DNA of 64,000 nucleotides from Eledone cirrhosa (lineage: Eukaryota). Below the pieces are notes generated by a model, which did no database searches, had not been told where the DNA came from, and worked only from the letters and a program-made list of their open reading frames with translations. The stretch lies in the NCBI GenBank assembly GCA_964016885.1, contig OZ024750.1, positions 4,030,001 through 4,094,000 of the forward strand. The letters are read 5' to 3'. Positions 27,310-41,756 of this stretch are shown piece by piece. The position numbers and the translations under genes were made by a program. Position 1 is the stretch's first letter. The number at the start of each line of letters is the position of its first letter.

Positions 27310-27565
27310 AATGCTGTGTGCAGGAGAGGCGGTTGCATTGGTATGGACATGTGATGCGTATGAACGATGACAGCTGCATAAAAAGGTGCAGAGCACTACA
27401 AGTCGATGGAAACCGTAGAGTGGGGAGACCCAAGATGATCTGGGATGAGGTGATAAAAGCCGACCTTACCCAATTACACCTCTCAAAGGCGATGACACAC
27501 AACCATGATCTCTGGCGTCATGCAGTAATACAGAGTACCCGACCTCCCACGGGTACAAGCTGAAG
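27310..27565 (+). mobile_element. RTE-like LINE 3' end
   Basis: RRLHWYGHVMRM..VDGNRRVGRPKMIWDEVIKADL, running into the S3-type tail. Confidence 0.85.
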
Positions 27566-28001
27566 CTGAAGCATATAGACAATATGCCCCCTATACCCTC
27601 CCACTGCAAAGTGGTCGTGTAGGCGCCACTGAAAAAAGCACCCAGCACTCACTGTAAATGAAGTTGGTGTTAGGAAGGGCATCCAGCTGTAGAAATCAAG
27701 CCAGAATCAGTTCCCGTATGAGTAAGGCATGGTCAGCTGCCCACAACAGGACAACACGTCTAACCCATGCTAGCGTGGAAGAACGGATGTAAAACAGTGA
27801 TGGCGATGATGTTCAAACTGAACAGCAATCTATCAGTCTCATCAATCTTAGAAAACTTATGAAAGTCATAAGTTGTAACTGAACAACACCAGCCAACTTT
27901 ATATTTATATTTATAAAATACTATAGAATATACAACTAAACTTGACTCTTGTGAAGCCTTCTTTTTAACTAACACAATTGAATTATTATATTTCTCCACA
28001 G

Positions 28002-28161
28002 GTTCTTGGGTAGAATTAAGCCACCAGTCACTGCCAGCAGAGACAGACACATTCTCTGAATCTATTCATAATGGTAACATGGAGAAATTGCTAATGGAAG
28101 CTCAACAGGAATCATGCTCTTCTTCACAACCAAATAGTGCGGTATCATCTAACAGAGGCAG
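28002..28161 (+). CDS. BNIP3: BNIP3/NIX-like mitophagy receptor, internal coding exon A (LIR + MER region)
   Basis: tttctccacAG acceptor and AG|GTAAG donor. Translates (G)SWVELSHQSLPAETDTFSESIHNGNMEKLLMEAQQESCSSSQPNSAVSSNRG, matching BNIP3 GSWVEL (LIR) and NGDMEKILLDAQHES. Starts phase 1, ends phase 2. Confidence 0.95.
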
Positions 28162-28480
28162 GTAAGAAAATATCTTACAGCAGGTTATTCATTGTTTTAT
28201 ACTGATATGGATATGTTTAACCCTTTAGCATTTAAACCGGCCATATCTGACCAGAATCTCTCACCTCTTTCTGTTTAAACCAGCCATAACTGGCTGCTAA
28301 TATGGTCCTTTACGGTCTGGGCTCAAATCCTGTTGAGGTTAACTTTGCCTTTCATCCTTACAGGGTCGATAAAATAAAGTAGCAGTAATACACTGGGTAA
28401 TTGCTGGCCTTGTGCCAAAAGTAGAAACAAATATTTATATTAAGGTATTGTTCTTAAAATAAATAATAGACTCAATAGTA

Positions 28481-28970
28481 TGTGAGGTAAAGCCTTTACC
28501 ATGAAAATACAATAGTATATATAGAGTAATGTAAATGTTATGTGAGATATTATGTGAGGTAAAGTCTTTACCATGAAAATACAAAAGTATATATAGAGTA
28601 ATGTAAATGTTATGTGAGATATTATGTGAGGTAAAGCCTTTACCATGACAATACAATAGTATATATAGAGTAATGTAAATGTTATGTGAGATATTATGTG
28701 AGGTAAAGTCTTTACCATGAAAATACAAAAGTATATATAGAGTAATGTAAATGTTATGTGAGATATTATGTGAGGTAAAGTCTTTACCATGAAAATACAA
28801 AAGTATATATAGAGTAATGTAAATGTTATGTGAGATATTATGTGAGGTAAAGCCTTTACCATGAAAATACAAAAGTATATATAGAGTAATGTAAATGTTA
28901 TGTGAGATATTATGTGAGGTAAAGCCTTTACCATGAAAATACAAAAGTATATATAGAGTAATGTAAATGC
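28481..28970. repeat. Tandem repeat, 72-bp unit x ~7, derived from the piggyBac MITE subterminus
   Basis: The unit matches the reverse complement of the MITE left end; the array ends in TAAATGCTAAAG. Confidence 0.92.
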
Positions 28971-29687
28971 TAAAGAGTAATGCTCTACCAATCCTGCCAA
29001 TCCACTAGAAATATCAAACAGAATATCTGACTGCTGACCCATCAACATTCAGTTTGATAAATTTAGGCTGTGTTTCGAAAAAGCATTTTTTCAAAAATGT
29101 TTAAATACTTTTTGATAAGTTGGTATTTCTTTTGTTTTTCTGTTTGTTTGACTTTTGTTCATTTTTGGGTTTTCTATTTGTTTTTTCATGTGTTCATACA
29201 ATTTTTTTTTCTTCTCTGCTAAAAATTAACAATTAACATAAGTCTAATACTTCCGTAAATTTGGAGATTTGCCTTTGAATTGTTGGCAAATGGAGTTTTT
29301 ATAGCCTTGGTCTATGCCCCCCCCCCCCTTCCCATCACTAATGTTAAATTCACAAGAATGGTATGTATTTTTTTTTTTGCTAGGCATATCTGAAACAAAC
29401 ATGTATTAAAGTTTAAGTTCATATGTTGTTGCTCAATCTGCTCAAAACAACAGCCAAATCTCCTTCCACTCCCTCTTCTTTTTGTAATAATTGTTTCTAC
29501 TTTTGGCACAAGGCCAGCAATTACCCAGTGCATTACTGGTACTTTGTTTTATCAACAGTCTAGCTGAGTGTAGTCTAGACTCTTAAGTCTTCTTATGAAA
29601 TATGTTATTTGTTTGTAATTGCTGTTAAATTTTACTTAGATTTGAAAACTTCTTCAATCTTTATAATAATCTTAAAATACATTATTA

Positions 29688-29870
29688 TTGGCAGAATCGG
29701 TAGAGGGTCGGACGCCATGCTTTGCAGCAAGGAGTTACGGCCCTTTACAGTCTGAGTTCAAATCCTGCCGAGTTTAACTTTGCCTTTCATCCTTACGGGA
29801 TCGATAAAATAAAGTCCCAGTAATGCACTGGGTAATTGCTGGCCTTGTGCCAAAAGTAGAAACAATTATT
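29688..29870 (+). mobile_element. SINE S1 copy
   Basis: A/B box, core, tail. Confidence 0.88.
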
Positions 29871-30609
29871 ACAAAAAGAAGAGGGAGGGGAAGAAGATTT
29901 GGCTGTTGTTTTGAGCAGATTGAGCAACAACACACAAGCTGTCACATTGTTTCCAAACATTGTTTCCAATTGACTTGGTATTTCTTGAAACATTATCTCA
30001 TCACCTTTGTACTGTCACTGCTATACTAATTATATCAACGAAATAGTTAATAGTCTCTGCTACTTGCAGTGAGTCATTTCAACTGTTCATAAACTTTCAT
30101 CTTGTACATTTATAGTTGCATTTTCACTTTCCTGGCTGTCTGCCAGAGATACAGAAACTATCAGCTAAAATTCTATAAAATATTGATTCCTAATTTGGGC
30201 ACAAACTCAGAAAATGTGGGTGAAGCACAAAGTTAATTAAATCAACCCTAGTATTTGACTGGCACTTTATTTTATTAACCCCGAAAGAATTAAAAACAAA
30301 GTTACCTTTGACTGGAGTTGAACTCATAATGCAAAGAGCCAGACCAAATACTGCAATGGCATTTGAACCGGCACTCTACCAATTCTGCCAATATATTTCC
30401 ATACAATCTCTTTATTGGTTAATATTCCTCCATTTATAGCCAAACTTGTTAAGAATATGTGACTTGCCATAGCATAAGACTACCCTCTTCTGTAGTACAC
30501 CCTAACACCACAGCAGACCAGTCAGAGTGGCCTGCAATGACAGTTTTTAATTTTTACCTTGAAGGCTTACTTAGAATTTTTTTCGTAACCGTAATACAAT
30601 TTTCTGTTG

Positions 30610-30829
30610 GTTGACCTATACTAAAGGGCTTCATTGATAGGGTTGTGTGTCTTATAATTTCCCAGTTGACCTATACTAAAGGGCTTCATTGATAGGGTTG
30701 TGTGTCTTATAATTTCCCAGTTGACCTATACTAAAGGGCTTCATTGATAGGGTTGTGTGTCTTATAATTTCCCAGTTGACCTATACTAAAGGGCTTCATT
30801 GATAGGGTTGTGTGTCTTATAATTTCTCA
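30610..30829. repeat. Tandem repeat, 55-bp unit x 4
   Basis: Near-identical GTTGACCTATACTAAAGGG..AATTTCCCA units. Confidence 0.95.
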
Positions 30830-30894
30830 GTTCCATGTTATGGAAAGAAGTTGTGGTGAATCTTTGGAATAATGCTTAATAAATATTAATGTAA

Positions 30895-31130
30895 CTCTAT
30901 GCTTCAAAGCATGGCGACCGACCCTCTACCGATTCTGCCAATCCACCGCCCTGATATAATTGTTTCTACTTTTGGCACAAGGCCAGTAATTACCTCAGTG
31001 CATTACTGGTACTTTATTTTATTGACTCCGTAAGGATGAAAGGCAAAGTTAACCTTGGCGGGATTTGAACTCAGATCGTAAAGGGAGGTAACTATGCTTC
31101 AAAGCATGGCGTCCGACCCTCTACCAATCC
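30895..31130 (-). mobile_element. SINE S1 copy plus a 5' fragment
   Basis: Reverse complement of S1; an older - copy lies at 30186-30390. Confidence 0.85.
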
Positions 31131-31605
31131 ATATATAATACAAAACAACTGATAGCGATATTTACAGAGATATATAGCCTGTGTAGTAGAGACAATGTTG
31201 CCAACTGTGAAATCTGAGTAAAACCATTGACCTCAATAAATAAATACACTAGCTTGGCAAAGTCATTACCAATCTCTCTCTCGTTACTCTTTAATAGGTG
31301 GCAATTAATTACTGGGAGCAGAATTTCATTTCCTTGCTTTCTATTCCATTATTGTCATATAAATCACAGCACATTTCAGTCACTAAGTCTTAGCTAGTAA
31401 CATTGTATTCATAGTAAACCAATGACACATTCTCTTGTAATAAGCTTCCATCATCTCCTCCTCCCCTACTTCCTCATCTCCTCCTCCCCTCATTCTTCCT
31501 TGTCTTCCATGTTGCTCTTCTTGCTGTTGTTGTATTTGTTTCTTTGATATCTTTTGTTTGTTTTTTCTATTTCTTCTTCTTCTTCTTCTTCTTTTTCTTC
31601 TTCTT

Positions 31606-31638
<33 letters not shown>

Positions 31639-32097
31639 GTTCTCTTTAAATTTCATTTTTTATTCCTCTTCTGTTTTATCTCTTTTTCCTCTTTACCTTC
31701 TTCCTGTTGATCTTCCTCTTCTTTTTTTTGTCTTTTAGTTTTTTTTTCGTTTATGTTTATTTATTTATTTATTTATTCATATTGTATGTTTTTTTATATA
31801 TATGATTTATTTTATTTTATGTTTCTAGTTTTTGTTCCTCTACTTCCTCCACCTCCTCTTCTTCTTTTCCAATATCCTCTTCTTCCCTTCCACCTCCTTC
31901 CTCTTCTGGTTGTTTATACATGTTGCTATAAACTAATTTTAAAGGTGTTGTCCTCTTTCTAATGTGTCACTTAACCTCGCTTTATTTAATAGATATCTAG
32001 TAACCCATTTTTTTTTTCTTATTTGGGTTTTAATTAAATATGCAGTTATTTTCTGCAAGGTCTCTCTTTCTCCATCTTCATCTCTCTCTCTCTCTCT

Positions 32098-32541
<444 letters not shown>

Positions 32542-32692
32542 ATATATATATGTTCAAGGTGTCTCAAAAAAATGTATGCACACTTCAACAACATTCTAAT
32601 AAATATTCAAAGTGTTATACATTTTTGGGGGACACCCAGTATATATATATATATAACTGTAGATGCCTCCTGTGTTTGTTTCATTTATTAAC

Positions 32693-32766
<74 letters not shown>

Positions 32767-33725
32767 TATATATCCCATGCTAGCGTGGAAAAATGGACGT
32801 TAAAACGAAGGTGATGATGATGATGATCATCATCATCATCATCACCGTTTTACGTCCGTTCTTCCACGCTAGCATGGGTTAGACGGGTTGTCCTGTTGTG
32901 GGCAGTGTCTGGTCGGCTGACCATGCCTTACTCATACGGGAACTGATTCTGGCTTGATTTCTACAGCTGGATGCCCTTCCTAACAGTGAGTGCTGGGTGC
33001 TTTTTCGTGGCGCCTACACGTCCACTTTACAGTGTGGGCTGGGTGCTTTTTTGCCGTGGCACCTCCACGATCACCTTGCGGTGGGGGGTGTGGGGGCATG
33101 ATATATATACATATATACTTGCAGGCACACAGACACACTTATGAATCGTTAGATATAATTAAACACAACCCCATACTTAGTAAGTAATTATCTGGTTGCA
33201 ACGAAGTTGTTCTGTGCAAGTAGTTCTTTAATTAGTTCTAATAGTTATTTTAGTTGCTTTGCTTCTATAGTTCCACTGACTACACCTTCTAGCTGCTATT
33301 TCTAGTATGTCAAGTAACAGCATAGAAACTTCTTCATAACCTGGAGCCAGTGTTATATTTTGGAAAAATGTGTGTGTGTGTATATATATATATACATGCA
33401 TATATGTACATATATATACACACACACACACACACACATATATACACGCATATATATATATATATATATGATGGCTGCCCCCTCGTTATCGAGTATGGCC
33501 ATTGCACGATATACCATTATTAATAATTATTAATTAATTCTATCGTGCACAAGGCCTGTGCACGAAGATATTTTTTTTAAATGAGGAAAGACTGTGCACT
33601 GAGCCAATCCCACTCTCTGAGCAACAGTAGCTATAACCCGAAAAGAAGAAAAGATCAACATCATGTGTGTGTATATATATATATATACACACACACATAT
33701 ATATCAGGCCGAAACAAATGAGGTC

Positions 33726-34078
33726 GTGTAGGTGTCACGACAAAAAAAAACACACAGTCCACGCTGTAATGTGGCCGTGTAGGTGTCACGACAAAAAAAC
33801 ACACAGTCCACGCTGTAATGTGGCCGTGTAGGTGTCACGACAAAAAAACACACAGTCCACGCTGTAATGTGGCCGTGTAGGTGTCACGACAAAAAAACAC
33901 ACAGTCCACGCTGTAATGTGGCCGTGTAGGTGTCACGACAAAAAAACACACAGTCCACGCTGTAATGTGGCCGTGTAGGTGTCACGACAAAAAAACACAC
34001 AGTCCACGCTGTAATGTGGCCGTGTAGGTGTCACGACAAAAAAACACACAGTCCACGCTGTAATGTGGCCGTGTAGGC
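33726..34078. repeat. Tandem repeat, 49-bp unit x 7, inside an S3 element
   Basis: GTGTAGGTGTCACGACAAAAAAACACACAGTCCACGCTGTAATGTGGCC; single-unit versions at 35270-35325 and 40245-40300 (-). Confidence 0.95.
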
Positions 34079-34397
34079 AACACGGTAAAAACCTCCCAGT
34101 CTCACACTGTAAATGTGGTTGGTGTTAGGAAGGGCATCCAGCCGTAGAAAACCCGCCAGACAGTCCTATGTGAGCAAGACAACGACTCTTGCCTCAAGTG
34201 GGAAAACTCCCGTCCAAACCCATGCAAGCGTGGAACATGGACGTTAAACGATGATGATGATGATGATGTATGTAAAAGGTAAAGAGAAACAACAGAATTG
34301 GTACAGTATATGGGAGGAATATATTAGGTTAATATATATATAAGTAAACAAGAACAAAGTCTCAATGTTGCAACATATATAAACATTATTCACATAT

Positions 34398-34440
34398 GAC
34401 AATTGTTTCTATATTGGTCAGTTCAAGGTCCAATCATCAC
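34398..34440 (-). ncRNA. Degenerate hammerhead-like motif
   Basis: Minus strand gTGATGA-TTGG..CCAA-tata-GAAAC-AATT-GTC with palindromic helix III (ACAATTGT); C3 is mutated. Confidence 0.45.
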
Positions 34441-35007
34441 AACCTGGGCCTCACTCTGCATCAGCTCCTCAGATATGCTGGTGAACCACCTGTAACTATT
34501 GTTACACACCTACTTACTGTATATCATCATCATCATCATGAATGGGTTAGACAAGTTGTCCTTTTGTGAGATTAGTTAGATCATTGACCGTGTCTTCGCG
34601 TCTTGCTCAGACAGAACTGTTTCTAGATTGGTTTCTATAACTGGATGCCCTTCCTAACACCAACCACATTTACAGTGGACTGTCCACTTTTTGTTGTGAC
34701 GCCAACATATCCACTTTACAGGGTGAACTGGGCGCTTTTTGTCATGACACCAACACAAACAGTGTGGACTGGGCACTTTTTGAGGTGTCACTGATATAAC
34801 ACACACACATATATATATATATATTAAAGAGTTAAACAAGATTCAATGAGTACATCAAAGAATGAGTTTTAGTAAGCTTTAGCTGCTTTGTTTCTATAGT
34901 TCCACTAACTACACAGCCTGCTAGCTGCTATTTCTAGTATGTCAAGTAACAGCATAGAAACTTCTTCATAACCTGAAGCCAGTGTTATATTTTGGAAAAA
35001 TGTGTGT

Positions 35008-35041
<34 letters not shown>

Positions 35042-35658
35042 CTAAAGCTTACTAATATATATGTATATATATATATCATCATCATCATTTAACGTCTATC
35101 TTCCACGCTCGCATAGGTTAGATGGGAGTTGTCCCACTTGAGGCAAGATTGGTCGGGTGACTGTGTCTCACTTGTATAGGACTATCTGGCAGGTTTTCCA
35201 TGGCTGGATGCCCTTCCTAACACTAACCACATTTATAGTGTGAACTGGGAACTTTTTACCGTGTTACCTACATGGCCACATTACAACGTGGACTGTGTGT
35301 TTTTTTTGTCGTGACACCTCCACGATCTCATTAGTTTGGACTGGATGTTGTGTGGCACCAACATAACTTTACAGAGAAAGGGTGGTGTTGGCAGGAGTGG
35401 GGTAGTGGGTTGGGGTGTGTTTGGTTTGGAGAGGCCTACTGACTGTAGGTTAACTTTGCACATAGGGAAGGCGGGTCTTCTCTAATACTGTGTACCGCCA
35501 AAGATCTCAACCAGTGACATTGTCACAGTGGAAGTGTGCAAGGTCGGACTTTATCATGTCGTCCCAGGTTTTTCTGGGTCTACCTACTCCTTAACTTCCC
35601 TCGATTTTGATCGCTCTGCACATTTTTATACAGCTGTATATATATATACACACATACA

Positions 35659-35737
<79 letters not shown>

Positions 35738-36992
35738 GTGTATGTACTCTGTAATTAATTGGCACATTGGTCATGACTAAAACATTCATTTTCTTGACTT
35801 GTTAATATTTCTACTAAACATTGACGCTTGACAGTAGATTACCTTTCTGAGAGCTAGCCACCACTTTTTGACTTGTGCACACACACACACATATACACAC
35901 GGATGCACTCATAAACACATACACACACAGACACACTCATAAACACATACACACTCATACACACACAGACACACTCACAAACACATACACACTCACACAC
36001 AGAGACACACTCATACATTTTTTTAATTTATGCCTGTCTCTCTAATCTAGATATATCTGTGATATTTATCTATATGTATCTACATATAAATCACAAAAGG
36101 ATATTTTATGGCTTAAATATGCCAAGGTATTTTATATTTATAGTGCAAAACATATGTCTTCTAATTCTCAACCCTATATGTCCTCGTATTAGAAATTAAT
36201 ACAAGTCAATTTAATTATTTTTATCTATATCTGCCCTTATGTCTTAAGGGACATATCTAATTTCAGACACAATTATGTCTCTCTCTTTTATTGTATTTTT
36301 CTATCACCCTCTTCTTTCTCATTATCTCTTTCATTAATATGGAACTAGACTATTTGAGATGTATATCTATCACTGAGATGTGTGGCTTAGTGGTTAGAGA
36401 ATTGGATTCGCAATTGTGTGGGCGTGAGTTTGATTCCCAGACCAGACAATGTGTTATGTCCTTGAATAAGACACTTTATTTCACATTACTCTTTTTACCA
36501 GGAGTTGCAGACCTTGTATCAATGTCATATTTACTTAAAGACATTCTAGGAACTAGGTGCAACATCTTTACAACGACAGTTGAATTACTCAAGTTTTCAT
36601 TTGTCATCGAACCATTCTTACTGCAGCAATGTAAAACTCTCAATTCTTTGATTTTGATTTCTTTTTTTTTTAAGAAAAATGTGTAAGCTCTGAGAACATC
36701 TATATTTAAATGTATTTGTTTTGAAATATATATATATATATATATTTAATACAATAACAGAGATAGTTTAAAGCTAAACTCTGACTGGTATCCATCTCAC
36801 TCAACAAACATTAGGTTATATTTAAATATAAACCCAATTTAAGTGTTTGGGGTGCTAACAATATGTATAATGTGGAAAAACCAGTTGTATTATTTTATGA
36901 GATATAATTAAAGTTAAAATACATCTCTCTTTCCAAACAATTGTTTCATTATAAGTTATATATTTATATATATTTTTGTTTTTCTTCTTCAG

Positions 36993-37044
36993 TCCCAGGA
37001 TTTCAAACAGTCCTAAGGAATGGGCAACTCAAGAGATGAGTCAG
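36993..37044 (+). CDS. BNIP3: BNIP3-like coding exon B (Ser/Pro-rich linker)
   Basis: Long pyrimidine tract + cttcAG, donor CAG|GTAAAT. (S)PRISNSPKEWATQEMSQ. Phases 2->0 bridge exons A and C exactly. Confidence 0.85.
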
Positions 37045-37433
37045 GTAAATATTATTATTATTGTTGTTGTTGGGTAAAAGTTAACATTGATGGACAAAAT
37101 TGCTCTTCACTTTGCAGAGTATGCCATAAAGTGTCCACCCAGCTCCCAAAATATAGTCCCGTTTTGAGCAAGGTTTAGTGCAGCCAGCTGGATAGGCTTG
37201 TCTCATAATCTGGATTGCCTTGGGAACATAATCTTAATATGTAAGAAGCTGTCTGGTGATGTCACGGCACTGGGTACACCGAAGCGTGTGGCCACTGTCG
37301 TCATGGAAATATGTATCACAGCATTATCATTAAAGGACTTTAACATCTGAAACTCCGTCACTCCTATGTGGAAAAAGTACGTTGAGTGCTTGAATTGAAT
37401 TGCATCAATGTTTACCCTAAGTATATATATATT

Positions 37434-37586
<153 letters not shown>

Positions 37587-37648
37587 ATCTACTCAACCTA
37601 GTTTCAGTTATAATTTATTACTTGTTGCAATACAAATGGCTTCTTGTT

Positions 37649-37688
<40 letters not shown>

Positions 37689-38058
37689 CTGCTGGTGTTG
37701 TTGTTTTGCTCTGAGTCACCTCTGTTGTTGTTTAGCCCAAAGTCTTTTCTGATCGAAGCGAAGTGACCTCTGATATACATTTTCTTCTATTTTCAAGAAA
37801 GTCGAGTATTATTTCCACCAGGTTGAGCAACTACATAAGGGGCTCATTCGTTGGCACACATCAAAACCATTTTTTTTATTTTAGCAACTACATAGGGGGC
37901 TCACTCAGTGGCACACATCAACAACTTTTTTGTTTACCATTGTGGGTGTTGTAGTGTCATGATGTCATACAAAGTTAAATTTCGTCTGATGTAAAATAAA
38001 ACTATACTTCCATTGGGGAGTGAGAAGCATTTTAAACTTTTAAAGGTTATAGAATAAA

Positions 38059-38120
<62 letters not shown>

Positions 38121-38209
38121 TCGTGCACTCTCTCTCTATATATATCTATCTAGCTAGCTCTCTTTTCTCTTTCACACTTTCTCTTTTCTTCTCTCTCACT
38201 CTCTCTCTA

Positions 38210-38246
<37 letters not shown>

Positions 38247-38494
38247 CTCCCACTTTCGTGTACTCTCTCCTCTTCTCTCTCTTTCCCCCTATCTCTTCTC
38301 TCCCCTATCTCTCTCTTCCCCTCTCTCTCCTCTCTACATGTCACACTAATACCAATGAAGTCGTGTATCACTCAGCTTTGGACTTTAACCCCCCCCCCCC
38401 CCACTAACCCTCATTTCAAAATGTTGTCCTGGGTGTCTCTGTAATGTTTAAAGTTCAATTTTGAATCTAAAAACATTTTTATGTTGTTTTTTGG

Positions 38495-38690
38495 GGCGGT
38501 GGATTGGCAGTATCGGTAGAGCATAGAGTTGCGTCCCTTTACGGTCTCAGTTCAAATTCTATCGAGGCTAGCTTTGTCTTACATCCTTATGCGGTCGATA
38601 GAATAAAGTACCAGTAATGCACTGGGGTTGATTTAATTAACTTTCCCTTCCCCCAAAATTGTTGGTCTTGTGCCTAAATCAGAAATGGTT
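38495..38690 (+). mobile_element. SINE S1, long-tail variant
   Basis: A/B box and core. Confidence 0.85.
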
Positions 38691-38762
38691 ATTTCTTCTG
38701 TTAGGTCATCTTTCTATTTAAGTTCTTCTCAATATAACAAAGCATTTAGCAAATTATATATA

Positions 38763-38815
<53 letters not shown>

Positions 38816-38816
38816 G

Positions 38817-38853
<37 letters not shown>

Positions 38854-38854
38854 G

Positions 38855-38905
<51 letters not shown>

Positions 38906-38932
38906 ATATATATATGTATATGTATATATGTA

Positions 38933-38999
<67 letters not shown>

Positions 39000-39040
39000 A
39001 TATATATATGTATATATGTATATGTATATATGTATATATG

Positions 39041-39073
<33 letters not shown>

Positions 39074-39138
39074 GTATATATATATATATGTATATATATA
39101 TATGTATATATGTATGTATATATATATATGTATATATG

Positions 39139-39195
<57 letters not shown>

Positions 39196-39250
39196 ATATA
39201 TATATATATTTGTATATATATATATGTATATATATATATACATATATATG

Positions 39251-39421
<171 letters not shown>

Positions 39422-39440
39422 GTATATATATATGTATATA

Positions 39441-39595
<155 letters not shown>

Positions 39596-39673
39596 ATGTA
39601 TATGTGTATGTATAAAGGTAAACAGAAACAACACAATCGGTACAGTATATGGAAGGAATATATTAGGTTAACG

Positions 39674-39839
39674 CAGGGCCGTCTCAACACATGGGCACGC
39701 TGGGCAGTTGCCTGGGGGCCCCACGAGGATAGGGGGCCCATGGTAATCTATGTATGTAGCGACTTGCTGTCAATTGATAAATACTATACTATACAGTAAG
39801 ATCTGCCCGGGGTCCTATAATGCTGTTAAGACGTACCAG
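39674..39839. mobile_element. hAT-type MITE (166 bp)
   Basis: Imperfect TIR CAGGGCCGTCTCAAC / GTTAAGACGTACCAG; 8-bp TSD GGTTAACG / GGTTAACA; empty site visible at 4526-4533. Confidence 0.8.
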
Positions 39840-40420
39840 GGTTAACACTTGATATAGCAGGAAGAGGGTATATTATTTCTACAGGACTAGAACTGTTTCA
39901 TTCGTATAAAATCATCATGCCTATACTCCATATATATCATCATCATCATCATCATCAACGTTTAACGTCCGTGTTCCACGCTTGCATGGGTTTAGACGGG
40001 GGTAGTCCACTTGAGGCAAGAGTGATTGTCGTGCTCGCATAGGACTGTCTGGCAGGTTTTCTACGGCTGGATGCCCTTCCTAACACCAACCACATTTACA
40101 GTGTGGGGCTGGGAGGTTTTTACCGTGTTGCCTACACGGCCACATTACAGCGTGGACTGTCTGGCAGGTTTTCTACAGTTGGATGCCCTTCCTAACACCA
40201 ACCACATTTACAGTGTGGGGCTGGGAGGTTTTTACCGTGTTGCCTACACGGCCACATTACAGCGTGGACTGTGTGTTTTTTTGTCGTGGACACCTACACG
40301 ATCTCATTTGTTTCGGCCTGGATGGCGCGGCACCAACATAACTTTACATAGAACGGGGTGGTGTGGATGGGGTGGGGGGGGGGGGTATTTTGTTAGAGAT
40401 GCCTACTGGCTGTAGTAGGT

Positions 40421-40515
<95 letters not shown>

Positions 40516-40629
40516 AGATGCACATACACACTCACACACTCACACACACATAGATAGGATTGTCACAGCTGGAATACTTTTGATTATTGGCCAGCTTGCC
40601 TAGGCTAAACAGCAACAGCAACATAACCA

Positions 40630-40768
<139 letters not shown>

Positions 40769-40788
40769 ATATATATATACATAGATAG

Positions 40789-40844
<56 letters not shown>

Positions 40845-40892
40845 ATGTATATATCTATGTGTGTGTGTGTGTGTGTGTATATACATAGATAG

Positions 40893-40970
<78 letters not shown>

Positions 40971-41022
40971 ATATATATATCTATGTGTGCGTGTGTGTGT
41001 GTGTGTATATATACATAGATAG

Positions 41023-41110
<88 letters not shown>

Positions 41111-41124
41111 ATATATATACATAG

Positions 41125-41158
<34 letters not shown>

Positions 41159-41756
41159 CATCTACAGATACAGTACAGTTCTATTTCCAGATGGTGTTCA
41201 TATTGTTTTGTTTGTCAGCTGAGATTGTGACCCCCCCCCCTCTATACCTGTCACTTAACTTACATTTCTATAAATACTCTATAGTATGACATCATGTATA
41301 CCAGTTAATTTCCATCTCCCTATAAACCTGAGGTCTTCTACCATTTTACAGCGCCAGCGAAGGTCATAAACATTGGTACCCCACTTCTCCTCTAGCTAAA
41401 TAGTTATAAAATAATTGGTTCTGATTTAAACCCCAGGCCAACAATTTGGGGGCAGGGGAAAATTGATTAAATCGACTACAGTCCATTACTGGTACATTAT
41501 TTTGTTGACCCTGTGAGGATGAAATACAAAGCTAACCTTTGCCCTTTGTATTGTGGCATATTGCCAGTCAGCTCAGTTCTGTTTCATGTGTCATCTCCTT
41601 CATCATCATCATCATCATCATCATCATCTTATTATGCTTGCATGAGTTGGATGGGTCTTTTCTAGCACAGCTTCTCTCCACATACTACATTTCTTCATCA
41701 TCTCCTCTGCAGGGATCAGCATTTTGAGATCTGCTCTCAGCTCTTCTTTCTGTCCA

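Noticed and set aside
28435-29048. 169/202-aa repetitive ORFs
   Set aside because: They arise from the 72-bp MITE-derived tandem array.
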